The position numbers and the translations under genes are program-made. From Candidatus Poriferihabitaceae bacterium (GTDB lineage: Bacteria; Pseudomonadota; Gammaproteobacteria; Arenicellales; Poriferihabitantaceae): a stretch of 64,000 nt of DNA. The stretch covers positions 4,836,997-4,900,996 of the forward strand of contig OZ241969.1 of assembly GCA_965204165.1 (NCBI GenBank), written 5' to 3'. A model generated the notes under the pieces. The model was not told the origin of the DNA. It did no database searches and saw only the letters and a list, made by a program, of their open reading frames with translations. Of this stretch, positions 62,467 to 64,000 are shown one piece after another; position 1 is the stretch's first letter; each line of letters starts with the position of its first letter.

Positions 62467-63024
62467 ATGCTGAAAAATTCCCGGAGACGCTATGGCCTCG
62501 TGGCCGTGCTGCTGCACTGGATCATCGCCGTCGGCGTGATCGGGGAGTTCGCCCTCGGCCTCTACATGACCGGGATGGACTACTACAACCGGATGAGCCA
62601 GTTTCTGCCCCATCTCCACGAAAGCATCGGCATACTGCTGGCGGGCGCGATCTTTCTTCGGATCGCCTGGTCCATCGCAAACCCCCGTCCGGCGCCCGGC
62701 AGCGGCGTCGGTCCACTGGCGCGTGCCGTCTCGAAGCTGGTCCAGTTCTGCATGCAGTTGCTGCTGGTGGCCATCGTGGTATTCGGTTACCTGCTGTCCA
62801 CCGCCGAGGGCGAAGGCATCCCGGTGTTCGACTGGTTCACCCTGCCGGCGTTGATGGACACGGAGATCAAGGGGGAGGAGGACATCTTCCTGTTCCTCCA
62901 CTACTGGCTGGCCTGGGCGGTGATCGCGCTGGCCTGCCTGCACATGCTGGGCGCGCTCAAGCACCACTTCGTGGACCGGGATGAAACCCTGCGCAACATG
63001 CTGGGCCTCGGCAATGCGGACTGA
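62467..63024 (+). CDS. cytochrome b561 (YceJ-like)
   Basis: LHW, HESIG, LHY, LHMLGALKHH heme-ligand His motifs. Confidence 0.9.
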   Translation: MLKNSRRRYGLVAVLLHWIIAVGVIGEFALGLYMTGMDYYNRMSQFLPHLHESIGILLAGAIFLRIAWSIANPRPAPGSGVGPLARAVSKLVQFCMQLLLVAIVVFGYLLSTAEGEGIPVFDWFTLPALMDTEIKGEEDIFLFLHYWLAWAVIALACLHMLGALKHHFVDRDETLRNMLGLGNAD

Positions 63025-63060
63025 GGCTGGTATAGTCCAGAAATTGAGGAGACTTTGACC

Positions 63061-63657
63061 ATGCTTTCCTACCGGACCAAAACCAGGAACGGCGCCCTGG
63101 TCCTGCTGGCGCTGGCGCTCACGCTGACCGCGCAACCGGGCCTTGCCGCGGACTACGCAATGGACATCAAGGGCAAGCACGCCTTCATCCGCTTCAAGGT
63201 GTCCCACCTGGGATTCAGCTATGTTCTCGGCGAGTTCCCGGATTTCACCGGCCGCTTCAGCTGGGACGCCGACGATCCGTCGGTGGCTTCCGTGGAAGTG
63301 GACATCGATACCACCACCCTGGAAACACACCATGCCAAGCGCAACGTCCACCTCCGGGGAAAGGACTTTCTGCATGTCAGGAAATACCCCACCGCCCGGT
63401 TCGTCAGCACGGGCTACGAGGAAACCGGCCGTGGCGAGGGCCTGCTCACCGGGGATCTGACCCTGCGCGGCGTCACCCTCCCGGTCACCCTGGAAATGCG
63501 GCGGATCGGTGAGGGCAAGGATCCCTGGGGCACCTACCGCGCCGGGTTCGAGGGCACCACCATCATCACCATGGCCGACTTCGGCATCGACTACAACCTG
63601 GGCCCCGCCTCCCGCACCGCGGAGATCTACTTCACGATCGAGGGCATTCGCCAATAG
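63061..63657 (+). CDS. YceI-family periplasmic lipid-binding protein
   Basis: Signal peptide; HLGFS, HLRGKDF, GDLTLRGVT, DPWG. Confidence 0.93.
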   Translation: MLSYRTKTRNGALVLLALALTLTAQPGLAADYAMDIKGKHAFIRFKVSHLGFSYVLGEFPDFTGRFSWDADDPSVASVEVDIDTTTLETHHAKRNVHLRGKDFLHVRKYPTARFVSTGYEETGRGEGLLTGDLTLRGVTLPVTLEMRRIGEGKDPWGTYRAGFEGTTIITMADFGIDYNLGPASRTAEIYFTIEGIRQ

Positions 63658-63716
63658 GCTCCCGCCGGGCCCGGAGCGGCGGCGGACTGAACGGGGGTAT
63701 CTCCCGGGTCAGGTAT

Positions 63717-64000
63717 TCAGGTATTGATCTTGAGCGCAATCCGGGTCGCCTCGGCATTGTCGGAATTCTCGGAATCAGTCTGCGCAACCAGTTCCGCCAA
63801 CAGCTGGCGGGCGAAGGAAAGCTGCTCCTCTCCGAGTTCGGTATATTGCGCGTGGCTGGCGCCGCGGAACACGTCCACCGCGGCCCCGATTTCCGCCACG
63901 GCCCTGTCCGCGGTTTCGATATCGCCGGTCATGGCCGCCAGCTCCCGAAGGGCCACCCCCAGGTTCGCCTTGGCCATCGCCCAGGTCATCGGCGCCTTCT
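63717..64000 (-). CDS. C-terminus of a TPR-repeat protein (runs off right edge)
   Basis: WAMAKANLGVALREL...AVAEIGAAVDVF TPR-like helices. Confidence 0.65.
   Translation of the reverse strand, partial: KAPMTWAMAKANLGVALRELAAMTGDIETADRAVAEIGAAVDVFRGASHAQYTELGEEQLSFARQLLAELVAQTDSENSDNAEATRIALKINT

Noticed and set aside
1-64000. Diversity-generating retroelement, retron or CRISPR-associated transposon
   Set aside because: No reverse transcriptase, TR/VR pair, TniQ or Cas gene recognised.

Overview
About 54 kb of a heavily rearranged, IS-dense genomic island followed by about 10 kb of host backbone: fabD-like, deacetylase, homocysteine S-methyltransferase, rhodanese, sufE, intradiol dioxygenase, rpmG/rpmB, cytochrome b561, YceI and a TPR fragment. 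The host looks like a high-GC gammaproteobacterium; the repeat-rich adhesins suggest a host-associated (e.g. sponge) symbiont, which is inference only. The island holds a NACHT/STAND ATPase missed by the ORF track, two tandem pairs of arm-type tyrosine integrases, an ICE leading-region relic (ssb, DUF2493), a truncated large serine recombinase module, an SphI-like type II R-M system and about 11 IS/transposon units, several nested; five have perfect target duplications. Top leads: (1) two convergent giant autotransporter-like adhesin genes sharing a ~330-bp leader with a promoter and a (GCCAGCG)n heptamer tract (n=13 and n=10), a candidate phase-variation switch; (2) a 4.1-kb TG...CA transposon with a 5-bp TSD encoding a Zn-ribbon protein, DDE transposase, AAA ATPase and a Toprim primase-like protein; (3) a dual-integrase unit flanked by 22-bp direct repeats whose excision would build a promoter for the integrases; (4) an IS66 carrying an adenine methyltransferase; (5) DUF4338-like domains fused to two different transposase families; (6) IS1111 elements, one with ncRNA guide segments that match its insertion site. 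All family names come from motif recognition, not database searches.
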